From: an uncultured Chlamydiales bacterium | GTDB lineage: Bacteria > Chlamydiota > Chlamydiia > Chlamydiales > JAAKFR01 | NCBI GenBank assembly: GCA_963699155.1 | Contig: OY969414.1 | Coordinates: forward strand, 1,963,757-2,027,756 | Reading direction: 5' to 3' | Length of the DNA stretch: 64,000 nt | Shown: one piece after another, positions 51,415 through 61,523 of the stretch | Position numbering within the stretch: the stretch's first letter is position 1 | Layout: every line of letters begins with the position of its first letter | Program-made: the position numbers and the translations under genes | Notes under the pieces: generated by a model | Database searches by the model: none | What the model was told of the DNA's origin: nothing | Seen by the model: the letters and a program-made list of their open reading frames with translations, nothing else

Positions 51415-53655
51415 TTATTTCTTAACCCAGACCTGCGTTTGAAAAGGGGCTGCGATCGAGTTAAACTTTCTCCACTCTAGACCGGTCGTATCGAGAGTAT
51501 CCTTACCAATCAACACCGTTTTTCCCGCCTGTGGAGCATACTTCAGACGGGCCGCCAACAGCTTCATATCATCACTCAGATCTGAGTCCATTTGGAGCTT
51601 CATCGCCGAAAGTAGGCTGTTGTAGTGGGTGTATCCAACAAAATTACCATCATCGATCGTTGCGATGGCTTTTTCTGCTGCCACTTCCATATTGGACAGA
51701 AGATAGAGGGCTAAATCTGCTTTATTATCCACTAATTCTTTCATTTTTTCAGGATGCTGTTTGTAAAAGTGAATGACCAGAACATCGGGAAATAGAGCAG
51801 CTTCTTTTCGAAGACAGTTTAGCCACGCACCGATAGCCTGATCTTGTTTGGAAGTGTCGGAGGCGATTAATGCCTGGATGTAAGTCTGGGGAAATTGCAA
51901 TTGAACAGCGCTGTTCATCACCCCAAAAACAGGTCGTAGAAGATCGATGGAGTGCACTGCATTTTTTTCTCCGATGGCTAATAGGGCATCTGCAAAATGG
52001 AGAGGCAAACCAGCCATCAGATACTGCGTTACAAGAGGAAGGGTGCCTCCACTTTCCGCAAAGTGATTGATCCAAAGCTCTAGTCTCTTCGTAGCATCTG
52101 CTTTATTAGCCTCTGTAAAGAGTATTATAGTTCCTTCTAGGATTAACTTTTGCCCTTTCGCATCCATCAGATTGAAGAGCGTATTGAAGAAAGCTGTTTC
52201 CAGATGAAGCCTCTTCTTTGAGACATAGACATTCTGCATCACATGGAGAGGCCATTTGGCGATCTCCTGAAGGAGTGCTGTTTTTTCGTCTGAGTCGGGA
52301 GATTTTGCCAACTCAAGGGTCATAAGCTCTTCTAGACACTTTTTAAGAAGCTCTTCGACTGGCTTTTCTCCCAATTTTTTCAGAAAGGCGGTTTTGTTTG
52401 GAAGATCCATATCCACAAAGATAGGGATCACTGCGCTCACTGTGAATTCAGCCGGCTTCTCACGCACCATTTCCAGCAACTCTTCAGGGCGCTTTTTGTA
52501 GTGAGCTCGATCATTAGAACCAGGGATAAGCGCTTTCAGGGCTTGTCTGACAGGCGTCAAAGAGGAATTGGTGTCACTATCTACTAAGCGCGCAAAGGTA
52601 CGACCTGCTGTCAAAATTTTCCGTTTGAAAGTCTCTGGATGTCGCGCTAAAACAAGCTGCTCCTCCCCTGTCGGTGCTTTCCCCACAATCTCAAAGAGCT
52701 TATTCATGATCACCTGGTTATCCCAATCAACCGGCATAACTTTCAAAAGAGCGAGGGCAAAGGGAGCCACCTTACCCTCAATATGACGGCCCATTGCTTT
52801 TGGGTGCCGCGTGAATAAGAGGCACTGGGCTTCATCCATGGCGATGCCGACCGTGGCAAAAAGAGCGTTAAACAGCCGCTCATCCCCCACATCTCCCTCG
52901 AGATGCCTGAGCATCTCCCACGCTATTTCAGGTTCAGTCAAAAGAGCGGGTCTACGAGCTAAAAGCTGAGCTTCTGAGGTTGATGTTGGCACCCCAATCT
53001 TTGCCATCAATTTCTTCAATAATTCGGGAAAATTAAGATCGAGAGGAAGAGCCTCTAGAACCGAGAGCGCATAACCACGATCTTTGGTTGAAAAATCGAT
53101 CTTATTGAGCTCTTCAGGAAAAGCGACGCAGGCAGCTATCACTCTTTTGTCTCCCACATTCTGCGCAGCAACTCCCTCGACAAAGTGGAAGCACTCCTTG
53201 TCACCAAATAGGCTGAGGGCCGTTTTGATCTGAGTATCGGTCACTTCCGGTTTCACGATCTCAGACAAGATATCAGCCAGTTTCACAGGCAGTTTCTTCA
53301 ATTCTGTCATCTCTTCTTGAATCAGCCTCTTTTCACGCATCGTCTGCACGCCATTGATCACGATGCCTGCCGCAAGAATGAGGGCACCCGCTGCCAGAAC
53401 GCAGCCCGGGACAAAGAAAAGAAGATCAGCTGGACCACCACTTAGGACAATCAGTGCGGCAGCACCACCTGCAAGAAGCATTGTGAAGATGGAGAGGGCA
53501 ATTCCATTGCAGAGGCAGTGGCTCCCCTCGCTTTCGAGATCGAGCTGAATTGCTTTAAACTTATCTTGAATCGGTTTGACAAACCCAGGAACCCCTTGGA
53601 GCGCATCGCCCCCTGCTAGCTGTTCCCACCGTACCTGAAAATCTCCAGATGCCAT
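51415..53655 (-). CDS. Large Inc-like protein with helical repeats
   Basis: Bilobed hydrophobic domain at aa ~51-101, coiled coil, three ~50-aa repeats. Confidence 0.75.
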   Translation of the reverse strand: MASGDFQVRWEQLAGGDALQGVPGFVKPIQDKFKAIQLDLESEGSHCLCNGIALSIFTMLLAGGAAALIVLSGGPADLLFFVPGCVLAAGALILAAGIVINGVQTMREKRLIQEEMTELKKLPVKLADILSEIVKPEVTDTQIKTALSLFGDKECFHFVEGVAAQNVGDKRVIAACVAFPEELNKIDFSTKDRGYALSVLEALPLDLNFPELLKKLMAKIGVPTSTSEAQLLARRPALLTEPEIAWEMLRHLEGDVGDERLFNALFATVGIAMDEAQCLLFTRHPKAMGRHIEGKVAPFALALLKVMPVDWDNQVIMNKLFEIVGKAPTGEEQLVLARHPETFKRKILTAGRTFARLVDSDTNSSLTPVRQALKALIPGSNDRAHYKKRPEELLEMVREKPAEFTVSAVIPIFVDMDLPNKTAFLKKLGEKPVEELLKKCLEELMTLELAKSPDSDEKTALLQEIAKWPLHVMQNVYVSKKRLHLETAFFNTLFNLMDAKGQKLILEGTIILFTEANKADATKRLELWINHFAESGGTLPLVTQYLMAGLPLHFADALLAIGEKNAVHSIDLLRPVFGVMNSAVQLQFPQTYIQALIASDTSKQDQAIGAWLNCLRKEAALFPDVLVIHFYKQHPEKMKELVDNKADLALYLLSNMEVAAEKAIATIDDGNFVGYTHYNSLLSAMKLQMDSDLSDDMKLLAARLKYAPQAGKTVLIGKDTLDTTGLEWRKFNSIAAPFQTQVWVKK

Positions 53656-53711
53656 GCTGACCCCTATTTTTCCGAGTGAGTATAGGAGATCAACAAAAGA
53701 ATGGAAATAGG

Positions 53712-53743
53712 AAAAAACCGGAAGAGGAACCCCCTTCCGGTTT
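53712..53743 (-). terminator. Intrinsic terminator
   Basis: CCGGAAG..CTTCCGG stem with a T6 tail on the minus strand after the 53769 stop. Confidence 0.7.
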
Positions 53744-53768
53744 AGAAATGAATAACCTGAGTTTTGTG

Positions 53769-55079
53769 TTATTTACCGATATCGTCTTGTCGTGAGGCAG
53801 CTATAGCTAAGAAACGGCTCCACTGAACGCCTTCAGGTACCAGATCCCACTCTTTAGTGCCTATTCGCGTATGGGTGCGACTATAATTAAAGATTCCAGT
53901 GCCTCTATAATCTTTTGCATAAAACATGCGTGCCATCAATTGGGCTCTTGAGTCTGTGATTTCGCCAGTAGCTTTTGCTGCTTCAGCCATCAAAAGATTG
54001 ACTTGGCGATTATAATAGGGGAAGCCTCTTTCGTTCTTATCCATAACTGCGATCACCTGAAAGGCCTTCTCACCCATCATCTCTAAGCATCTGAGAGCAA
54101 ATGCCGCTCTTTCATCATCTGAGCCAAGCTTGTCATTCTTGAGAACTTCCTCTTGAAACATTTCAGGATGCGTCTTAAAGATCTCTACAGTCTCTGCAAA
54201 TTTCCTGGCTTTAGCTAATTTAGCCGCAGCTTCGATGAACCCATTTTTTCTCGGATCACCTTCGTTAAATCGTCCCTGCTGGAGTAAAGCCATGAGATAG
54301 GCTTCTTTATCAGCGCCAGCTAAAGAGTCGATATGCTGATTGAGGGCCGCTTCATCTGCTATAAGTAACTTCACCTCTTTATCATTTTGAGGAGATCCAA
54401 TTTTGGCATAAATGGTTTTGATAAGTGCTTCTTGACGGTGATCGACATGGCCTAACATCTCTAGAGCAAACTGGCGATCTCTTTCCCCAATGAGTTTTTC
54501 GACCATCTCTTCATCTGAAGAGAAGATCGAAAAAGCAAGCTTCTGCTCATCTGTCAGGGCAGCTTTCCCTTCGCCAAAATAGTCATCGGCCATGCCTCTT
54601 AATAATTCTCGGCGTACCTCACCACTCATCGCCTGTTGCGTTTCCCGGACCTGCTCTTCTTTAATGCCAGCGCTCGCCAGCTGAGCCAATGTTTCTTTCA
54701 GCGTGATACGCTCTTCATCTGCCTGCTCCACCTTCTCCTTGGCAGCTTCTTGCTTTTGCAACTCGCGGAAAGTGAGGATAGCTAAGGCGAGCATCGTGAT
54801 GACAAAAAAACCTCCCGAGCCCATACCAAATCCGAAATAAGTCGTATTAAAAGTACTATGAGCAGGAGCATATTTCCCGCTGAGGACGACGAGAGTGATG
54901 GCTCCACTGGCTGCTAATCCCGCAAGAGTGCCCAAGAAAATTTTAATGAACTTGTCTCTTATCTCAGAACCCATCACAGCTGAGTCTCTCTCTGTTTGTT
55001 GCTTCAGAACGGCAACGCCATAGAGACCCTTATACTCTTTGCCGACCAAATCCGTTTTTTTAATGGGAAAATATGACAT
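53769..55079 (-). CDS. Inc-like protein, paralogue of 51415-53655
   Basis: Bilobed hydrophobic domain, coiled coil, shared C-terminal motifs. Confidence 0.75.
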   Translation of the reverse strand: MSYFPIKKTDLVGKEYKGLYGVAVLKQQTERDSAVMGSEIRDKFIKIFLGTLAGLAASGAITLVVLSGKYAPAHSTFNTTYFGFGMGSGGFFVITMLALAILTFRELQKQEAAKEKVEQADEERITLKETLAQLASAGIKEEQVRETQQAMSGEVRRELLRGMADDYFGEGKAALTDEQKLAFSIFSSDEEMVEKLIGERDRQFALEMLGHVDHRQEALIKTIYAKIGSPQNDKEVKLLIADEAALNQHIDSLAGADKEAYLMALLQQGRFNEGDPRKNGFIEAAAKLAKARKFAETVEIFKTHPEMFQEEVLKNDKLGSDDERAAFALRCLEMMGEKAFQVIAVMDKNERGFPYYNRQVNLLMAEAAKATGEITDSRAQLMARMFYAKDYRGTGIFNYSRTHTRIGTKEWDLVPEGVQWSRFLAIAASRQDDIGK

Positions 55080-55172
55080 AAATTATTATCCTTTAATTGG
55101 TTTTAAGTTTTTAAGATGATAATATTTTAAATTATCAATATTAAAATTGAATAAAGTTAATATTAATTTTTT

Positions 55173-55424
55173 CTAAAAGTTAGAGAAGAGCGCCAAAATG
55201 AGCAGCGCGCCACCCCCTGCCAGAAGCCCAATTCCCCCCGTTTGAGAGGGAATCGTCCCGATCCCACCAAAATAGAGATAGACCCCCGTAGCGATGAAAG
55301 CGAGGGCGATGATGGCTGTACAGATGGTGGTCGCTTTATCTTGCGAAAGCTCACACTTAAAAGGAGGGAACTTTGCCCCTTTGGATTCGATGATACAAAA
55401 ATGAGTAGGGGTGATTGAGGACAT
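55173..55424 (-). CDS. Small two-TM Inc-like protein
   Basis: 83 aa, two hydrophobic helices; TATAAT 7 nt before the ATG. Confidence 0.6.
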   Translation of the reverse strand: MSSITPTHFCIIESKGAKFPPFKCELSQDKATTICTAIIALAFIATGVYLYFGGIGTIPSQTGGIGLLAGGGALLILALFSNF

Positions 55425-55460
55425 GGTCGAGATTATAAAAGAGGTCTAAAAAAAGAGACA

Positions 55461-57353
55461 ATGTTAATATTTCTTGCTATGAACAGTAGAAAAAGAGCCA
55501 AAAATGGCCCACGAAGTAAGAAAGGGGACATCGTAGCAGGGACAATCCGGGTTCACCCCAGGGGCTTCGGTTTTGTGATTCCAAGCGACAAGGTGCAGTT
55601 CCCCGAGGATATTTTCATCCCACGCCACTCCACTTTAGGTGCCGTCGATGGGGATAGTGTGGAGGCCTCCTCTGTCCCTTCCCAGATTTCTGATAAAGGA
55701 CCTGAAGGAAAAGTTTTAAAAATTCTGCGGCGAGGGCGCTCCCATTTAGCGGGGATTATCAGTTATGTAGGTAAGAAGAAACAGCTCTTAGCCTATGCAC
55801 CCTTGCTAGGTGAGGATAAGGCTATCGTGATTCGACCCACGCGAGAAAGAGAGCTCGCCATAGGTGACCGGATCATCATCCATGTGCTCGATTGGGGGGG
55901 CAAGCAGCGCGATGCAATCGGCGAGATGAGTGCCTATATTGGCCACATCAGCGACCCTTCTTGCGATGTGCCTGCAGCGATCGAAGAATTTGACCTCTCC
56001 TCCGATTTTCCCGAGGAGGTACTTGCTGAAGCCAAAGCTTACGGCGAAAAGGTGACTGAGAAAGATTGGAAAGGGCGGAAAGACTTAACCGATCTCACCT
56101 GCTTCACCATCGACCCCGACACTGCCAAAGATTATGATGATGCCCTCTCATTATCCCGCGACCCTTCTGGAAACTATCATCTGGGCATCCACATTGCCGA
56201 TGTTTCCCACTATGTCAAACCGGGTAGCGCCCTCGACTGCGAAGCGATGGCAAGGTGCAATTCCGTCTATTTTCCAGGAACTGTGCTTCCAATGCTTCCA
56301 CACGCACTTTCCAGCCATTTGTGCAGCTTAAAGCCCAATGTCGAGCGCCTGGCCATCTCCGTTTCAGCGATCCTTGATCAGGAGGGAGAGCTCCTCGAAT
56401 ATCGTATCGACCGCACTGTCATTAAAAGTCGCAAACGATTCACCTACGGTGAAGCCAGGGAGGTGCTCGATGGAAAGAAGAAGAGCCACTACCGCTCCCA
56501 TCTCGAATTGATGGTGGAGCTCTGCCGCCTGCTGAAAATAAAGCGCTATGAGCGTGGAAGCATCGAATTTTCCCTCCCCGATCTCACCCTTGATTTAACT
56601 CCAGAAGGGCATGTGAAGGGGGTTGGGCTTGTCGAATATGATATCACCCATCAACTTGTCGAAGAGTTCATGCTCCTGGCTAATGAAATTGTGGCGACCC
56701 ACTTAAGCGAAGCTGGAAAAGAGCTGACCTATCGCGTACACGAAGAGCCTAACCCTGAAAATTTGCGTGATTTCGCCCTCACAGCCCAGGCTCTCGGCTT
56801 TACCCTTCCGCCTGCACCGACCACAGAGGAGCTGCAACTTCTTTTTGATGCAGCCCGAGAATCCCCTTTTGGCCAGTTTTTAGCGACCTCCTTTATCAAA
56901 AGCATGAAGCTAGCCAGCTATTCAACACAAAATATCGGACACTATGGTCTGGGTTTAGAGCATTATACCCACTTTACCAGCCCTATCCGACGCTACATCG
57001 ACCTCATTGTGCACCGAGCCCTTTTCCATGCCATCAAAGAGGATGAGGATTTGGAAGAGATCGCAGCACGCTGTTCCGATAAAGAGCGTCTTTCAGCCAA
57101 AGCGGAAAGCTCTGTCACACAGCTGAAGAAACTTCGTTATCTCAATGCCCTCTTGCAGGAGGGCCAAGAGCTCTTCGCTGCAGTCGTTGTGGCTGTCAAA
57201 CCCTTTGGGGTGATTTTTGAATTGACCTCTCTTCTCTTCGAAGGGTTCGTTCCTCTTCCCAATAGCAGATTGCCTGTCGGCACACCCGTCAAGGTGAGAC
57301 TCAATCGTGTCGATTTAGTGACACGGCAAACAGAGTGGAGCCTCAAACGATGA
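55461..57353 (+). CDS. rnr: Ribonuclease R
   Basis: HPRGFGF, TIDPDTAKDYDDA, HFTSPIRRY. Confidence 0.93.
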   Translation: MLIFLAMNSRKRAKNGPRSKKGDIVAGTIRVHPRGFGFVIPSDKVQFPEDIFIPRHSTLGAVDGDSVEASSVPSQISDKGPEGKVLKILRRGRSHLAGIISYVGKKKQLLAYAPLLGEDKAIVIRPTRERELAIGDRIIIHVLDWGGKQRDAIGEMSAYIGHISDPSCDVPAAIEEFDLSSDFPEEVLAEAKAYGEKVTEKDWKGRKDLTDLTCFTIDPDTAKDYDDALSLSRDPSGNYHLGIHIADVSHYVKPGSALDCEAMARCNSVYFPGTVLPMLPHALSSHLCSLKPNVERLAISVSAILDQEGELLEYRIDRTVIKSRKRFTYGEAREVLDGKKKSHYRSHLELMVELCRLLKIKRYERGSIEFSLPDLTLDLTPEGHVKGVGLVEYDITHQLVEEFMLLANEIVATHLSEAGKELTYRVHEEPNPENLRDFALTAQALGFTLPPAPTTEELQLLFDAARESPFGQFLATSFIKSMKLASYSTQNIGHYGLGLEHYTHFTSPIRRYIDLIVHRALFHAIKEDEDLEEIAARCSDKERLSAKAESSVTQLKKLRYLNALLQEGQELFAAVVVAVKPFGVIFELTSLLFEGFVPLPNSRLPVGTPVKVRLNRVDLVTRQTEWSLKR

Positions 57354-57988
57354 AGAAGTACTTTTTAACAGGATTGATCATCTTACTCCCGATTGCAGTG
57401 ACTACCGTTATTGTGATCTGGATCTTGAATTTGATCACCAATCCCTTTGTAGGTTTGTTCGACCAAATTTTGAACCGATATAGCTGGTATCTGAATCATC
57501 AAGCAGCTTTTCATGCCGCTCTCAAGATCCTTCTTCTTTTCGCCCTCTTTTTTTTCACCGCTCTTCTCGGTGTTTTAGGAAGGATCTATATCTTCAAATC
57601 TCTGCTCTCTTTTTATGATTACCTGCTCCACCGCATTCCTGTGATCAAATCGGTCTATAAGGCCACCCAGCAGATCATCACCGCTATTTTTGGCTCCTCT
57701 GCGCAATCCTTTAAACAGGTAGTTCTCGTCCGATTTCCCAAGGAGGGCTATTCGATCGGCTTTATCACTGGAAACGCACCGAAACTCTGCGAAAGTACAC
57801 TGGGAAGCAAATTGGTCACCGTCTTTGTCCCTACGACGCCCAACCCCACTTCTGGTTTCTTAATGCTCTATCGCGAAGAAGAGGTGACCTACCTCGACAT
57901 GAAAGTTGAGGATGCCTTCAAATATATCATTTCTTGCGGCGTCCTTACTGAAGTTGAAACAGCCTCTCAAAAAACCATCCAACAATAG
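57350..57988 (+). CDS. DUF502 membrane protein
   Basis: MKKYFLTGL, VFVPTTPNPTSGF. Confidence 0.9.
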   Translation: MKKYFLTGLIILLPIAVTTVIVIWILNLITNPFVGLFDQILNRYSWYLNHQAAFHAALKILLLFALFFFTALLGVLGRIYIFKSLLSFYDYLLHRIPVIKSVYKATQQIITAIFGSSAQSFKQVVLVRFPKEGYSIGFITGNAPKLCESTLGSKLVTVFVPTTPNPTSGFLMLYREEEVTYLDMKVEDAFKYIISCGVLTEVETASQKTIQQ

Positions 57989-59199
57989 AAGTGTTTACCA
58001 TCGTCCGACCCAGGACGTCTGACCCTTTCCCATGCAAAGAGAAATTGATGGTCAATCAGAAAAGTGAGTGCCTGGACAGTCTGCTCTTTGAAAGAGTCCC
58101 TAGGTTCAAACTCACTTTTAAAAATTTGAATATCGAGGATCGCTTGTCTACCAGTTGTCAGACTGATCTGGTCGAGCCTTTCGATATAAAGATTGAGATG
58201 GGCGACGATCCTCTTCACCAACCTTTCTGAGCAGAAAACATTTGATGTATTGAATAAACCCTCTCTCATGATCCCCTCTAATGAGAGGGGCTGCCTTGGT
58301 GAGATTAAGCCATTCTTCTCGTAGAAACCCCTGAGATGTGTAATTCTTTTAGATTTGAGCTCAGATTTGGCTTTCAATTTGGGAAGCTTATCCAAGAGTG
58401 CACTCATTCTTGGTGCAGTAATGAGATTGTTAACCATAAGGACTGCCGAATCAAACCACTGTGGTGGAATGAATGAAAAGAGTCCACCATTGCCCGTACA
58501 GCTTGTACTTGATGTCAAACCTAAAACGCCATCTTCTGCAAGCTGATCCTTTTCATCGACATCAAAAAGACCTACACGCGCATCCCACATCCAAGCAGCA
58601 TTATCAAATTTGAGATCGGCATACTTCAATTCACAGGTAACAACAGCAAGCTCTCTCAATGCCTCTTTGGCTAAGACAGACATCTCCTCATCTTGATACA
58701 TCCATTCATAGAGCGCTTCAATAGAATAAGCATCGCTAGAAACCAAAGAGATTCTCTCTTCCATCAAGATGGTTGGATCGAAATTGACCACTTCACATTG
58801 AGGAATATAGAGGACTGTTAACCCGCGAGTTTTACAGATGTCTCGCGCTTTATCGGCAACTTTTTTATAGTCTGCCATTGTCTCGCCAGCCTTAAGAGTG
58901 ATCTTTCTCTTAAAGAGGACGCCAGGTAGCTCATCTGAAGTGAGACAGTAGCGTACGGCCCCTTTCCAACGTCTAAGATGGCTAGGCAGCTCATTTTTCC
59001 CAAAAAAGGGTTTCATCGCTTCAATTTTGCCGCGCACTTCGAAATCACTAAGATTTGGTAATCGGGGTAAAGCATCAGAAGATTTATGTTGAATGCGGTC
59101 CAATACACTGCTGTGAAAACGGCGCCTGAGCTCATGATAAGCATGGACATCTTCGTTACTCGCGGGCGTTATAGTTGCAAGAGACTTGTTTATGGCCAT
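57967..59199 (-). CDS. Atypical kinase-like hypothetical protein
   Basis: GVLFK, LMEERI, YADLKFDN, GLFDVD in kinase motif order. Confidence 0.6.
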   Translation of the reverse strand: MAINKSLATITPASNEDVHAYHELRRRFHSSVLDRIQHKSSDALPRLPNLSDFEVRGKIEAMKPFFGKNELPSHLRRWKGAVRYCLTSDELPGVLFKRKITLKAGETMADYKKVADKARDICKTRGLTVLYIPQCEVVNFDPTILMEERISLVSSDAYSIEALYEWMYQDEEMSVLAKEALRELAVVTCELKYADLKFDNAAWMWDARVGLFDVDEKDQLAEDGVLGLTSSTSCTGNGGLFSFIPPQWFDSAVLMVNNLITAPRMSALLDKLPKLKAKSELKSKRITHLRGFYEKNGLISPRQPLSLEGIMREGLFNTSNVFCSERLVKRIVAHLNLYIERLDQISLTTGRQAILDIQIFKSEFEPRDSFKEQTVQALTFLIDHQFLFAWERVRRPGSDDGKHFYCWMVF

Positions 59200-59331
59200 A
59201 TTTTACTTCTTCAAAAGGGAGAGAGTAGCATAAAGGGCGATTTTCCAATAACCGAAGAGATGTTTTTGATTCCTTTTCCTTGCACTTTTTGGAAAAGGCT
59301 TATAGAATGGGGCCATTTTTAAGAGGTTCTT

Positions 59332-59499
59332 ATGACACGAATGAGCAAACAATCGCAGCGAAGGGCGGTCTCTCGACGCCGGCCAAAGCTTTCTGGTCCC
59401 AAAACGGGCCCCCAAAAAGAGAAATACAAGACAGGTTTCAAACCACACGAGAATGCTGTCTCAGGCAGCCAAGCCGTTTTTATTCCGAAAATAAAATAG
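59332..59499 (+). CDS. Small basic protein, CT421.1-like (absent from the ORF track)
   Basis: 55 aa MTRMSKQSQRRA...VFIPKIK with GAGG RBS; conserved chlamydial position. Confidence 0.8.
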   Translation: MTRMSKQSQRRAVSRRRPKLSGPKTGPQKEKYKTGFKPHENAVSGSQAVFIPKIK

Positions 59500-59515
59500 A
59501 TATTAAAGGTTTCTT

Positions 59516-59677
59516 ATGTCACGTCACAACAGTTATGGAAAGTCGACAAAAAGCGGCAAAAAAAGAAATGTCTTAAAGCGATTTGAGCGTGTGGAAGTTT
59601 TGAAAAAGCTGGGCCGCTGGAATCTGGAAAAAAATAAACGCGTTACTGGCCTCCCTAAGACTCCTGTTGTAGGGTAA
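59516..59677 (+). CDS. PVC small basic protein, CT421.2-like (absent from the ORF track)
   Basis: 53 aa MSRHNSYGKS..KRNVLKRFERV..GLPKTP. Confidence 0.88.
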   Translation: MSRHNSYGKSTKSGKKRNVLKRFERVEVLKKLGRWNLEKNKRVTGLPKTPVVG

Positions 59678-59701
59678 CCCTTTTCGGCAGAGAGATCGCT
59701 A

Positions 59702-60160
59702 GTGGCTAAGATTCTCATCTTTAATGAGCAGAGCGATCTACCTTTAATCAAAAAGTCTGCACAACTTCTTGTGCAAGAATTTCTTGAGTTCAAATGTGTG
59801 GAGACAGATGAATTAGCTGTCCACTTTGTGACGAAAGAAGCGATCTGTCGCCTCCATGAAGAATTTTTCCAGGATGCTTCCCCTACCGACTGTATCACCT
59901 TCCCCATCGATCCTCCAGAAACTCAAAAAACTAGCTACCATGTTTTAGGCGAGGTCTTTGTCTGTCCCCAAACCGCTATCGACTACTGTCAAACAGAGGG
60001 CACTGATCCTTATGAGGAGTGTTCTCTCTATCTAGTGCATGGTCTTCTGCATCTATTAGGTTTTGATGATCAAAGCGTTAATGATAAAAAAGCGATGCGT
60101 GCAGCGGAAGCGAAAGTCCTCAGCCACCTCAAACGTCATCAATTGTTGTTAAGGAATTGA
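59702..60160 (+). CDS. ybeY: rRNA maturation endoribonuclease YbeY
   Basis: PTDCITF, LGEVFVC, HGLLHLLGFDD. Confidence 0.92.
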   Translation: MAKILIFNEQSDLPLIKKSAQLLVQEFLEFKCVETDELAVHFVTKEAICRLHEEFFQDASPTDCITFPIDPPETQKTSYHVLGEVFVCPQTAIDYCQTEGTDPYEECSLYLVHGLLHLLGFDDQSVNDKKAMRAAEAKVLSHLKRHQLLLRN

Positions 60161-60205
60161 CTCACGTTTATAATCATTATTTATCGGACTTCATTTAAGG
60201 TAAGG

Positions 60206-61519
60206 GTGGCGCTCACCGTTTCAATCTTCTGTTCTCTCTTTTTTCTGATCTGGTCCTTTTTTTTAACGACGATCACACATTCTCTGACTCGATTGGGTCA
60301 AACACGCTCTCTGGATCTCATCAAGAGGCACCCAGGCCGCTTTTTCTACGCCCCCCTGCACCATCTCTTTCATAAAGGATCTCGGTTTGAGCTTCTGATC
60401 TTAGCCTCTACCCTGAGTGAGAATTTTGCCCGGATCGGCTATGTCGCCTTTGCCACATTGGGCTTAATGACCGTTCCTCCTGAATCGACGGCGATCTGGA
60501 TGATCATCATCCTAGTCACCCTCTTCATCATCTTATTGATCGGCGATTTCTTCCCCAGACTATGGGCGATCTATAATCCCGAGAATGCGCTCCTCATCTC
60601 CCTCCCTTTCGCCTCCTTCTTCCTTTACCTCTCCTTCCCGATCTCCTTTTTTTTCCTCAAGCTAGCCGAATCGGCCACGCGAGGGCGGGAATCTACGAGC
60701 TGGGGCGATCCAATGGAGGAGATGAAAGAGTCGATCGTTCAAATTCTCCAGGAAGCCAATGTGAAAGGTCCCCTCCACCATTCAGATAAAAAACTGATGG
60801 AATCGGTGGTCCACTTTAAGGACCGCATTGTGCGCGAAGTGATGGTCCCACGTGTCGACCTCTTTATCCTACCTGCAGATACGAAAATCCAAGATGCCGC
60901 GAAGGAGTTGACAAGCGAGGGTTACAGTCGTGTTCCCGTCTATCGCGAAACGGTCGACAACATCATCGGCGTCCTCATGTTTAAAGATATCTTACAGCTC
61001 TATATGGACTGTCTCGAAGGCAAAAAAGATAGCGCCCTGATGCATGCCCCCATCGAAACAATCACCAAAGGGGTTTTTTACACGCCAGAGACTAAAAAAG
61101 TCGCACAGCTGCTCCAAGAATTTCGCTCCAAACAGATGCACATGGCGATCGTAGTCGATGAGTATGGAGGGACTGAAGGGGTGGTGACCATGGAAGACAT
61201 TCTCGAAGAGATTGTGGGGGATATCGCAGATGAATATGACATCGGGGAAGAGGAGCTCTACACAACGCAGCCAGGCGGCGGGGGATGGATCGTCGATGCG
61301 CGGATGTCGATACTCGATGCGGAAGAGGCCTTCAATATCCATATTCCACAAGAGGGCGAATATGATACGATCGGCGGATATATCTTTCATAAAGTCGGCT
61401 CAATCCCTCACAAAGGGTTGAAGATCCACCATGAAGACTTTGATTTAGAAATTCTCAGCTCCTCAGAAAGAAGCGTTGAGAAAGTGCGGATTACCCCTCT
61501 CAAGAGTGAAGGTCTATGA
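60206..61519 (+). CDS. Hemolysin-family CNNM/CBS/CorC protein
   Basis: N-terminal TMs, VREVMVPR, VVDEYGGTEG, EDILEEIVG. Confidence 0.92.
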   Translation: MALTVSIFCSLFFLIWSFFLTTITHSLTRLGQTRSLDLIKRHPGRFFYAPLHHLFHKGSRFELLILASTLSENFARIGYVAFATLGLMTVPPESTAIWMIIILVTLFIILLIGDFFPRLWAIYNPENALLISLPFASFFLYLSFPISFFFLKLAESATRGRESTSWGDPMEEMKESIVQILQEANVKGPLHHSDKKLMESVVHFKDRIVREVMVPRVDLFILPADTKIQDAAKELTSEGYSRVPVYRETVDNIIGVLMFKDILQLYMDCLEGKKDSALMHAPIETITKGVFYTPETKKVAQLLQEFRSKQMHMAIVVDEYGGTEGVVTMEDILEEIVGDIADEYDIGEEELYTTQPGGGGWIVDARMSILDAEEAFNIHIPQEGEYDTIGGYIFHKVGSIPHKGLKIHHEDFDLEILSSSERSVEKVRITPLKSEGL

Positions 61520-61523
61520 AACT

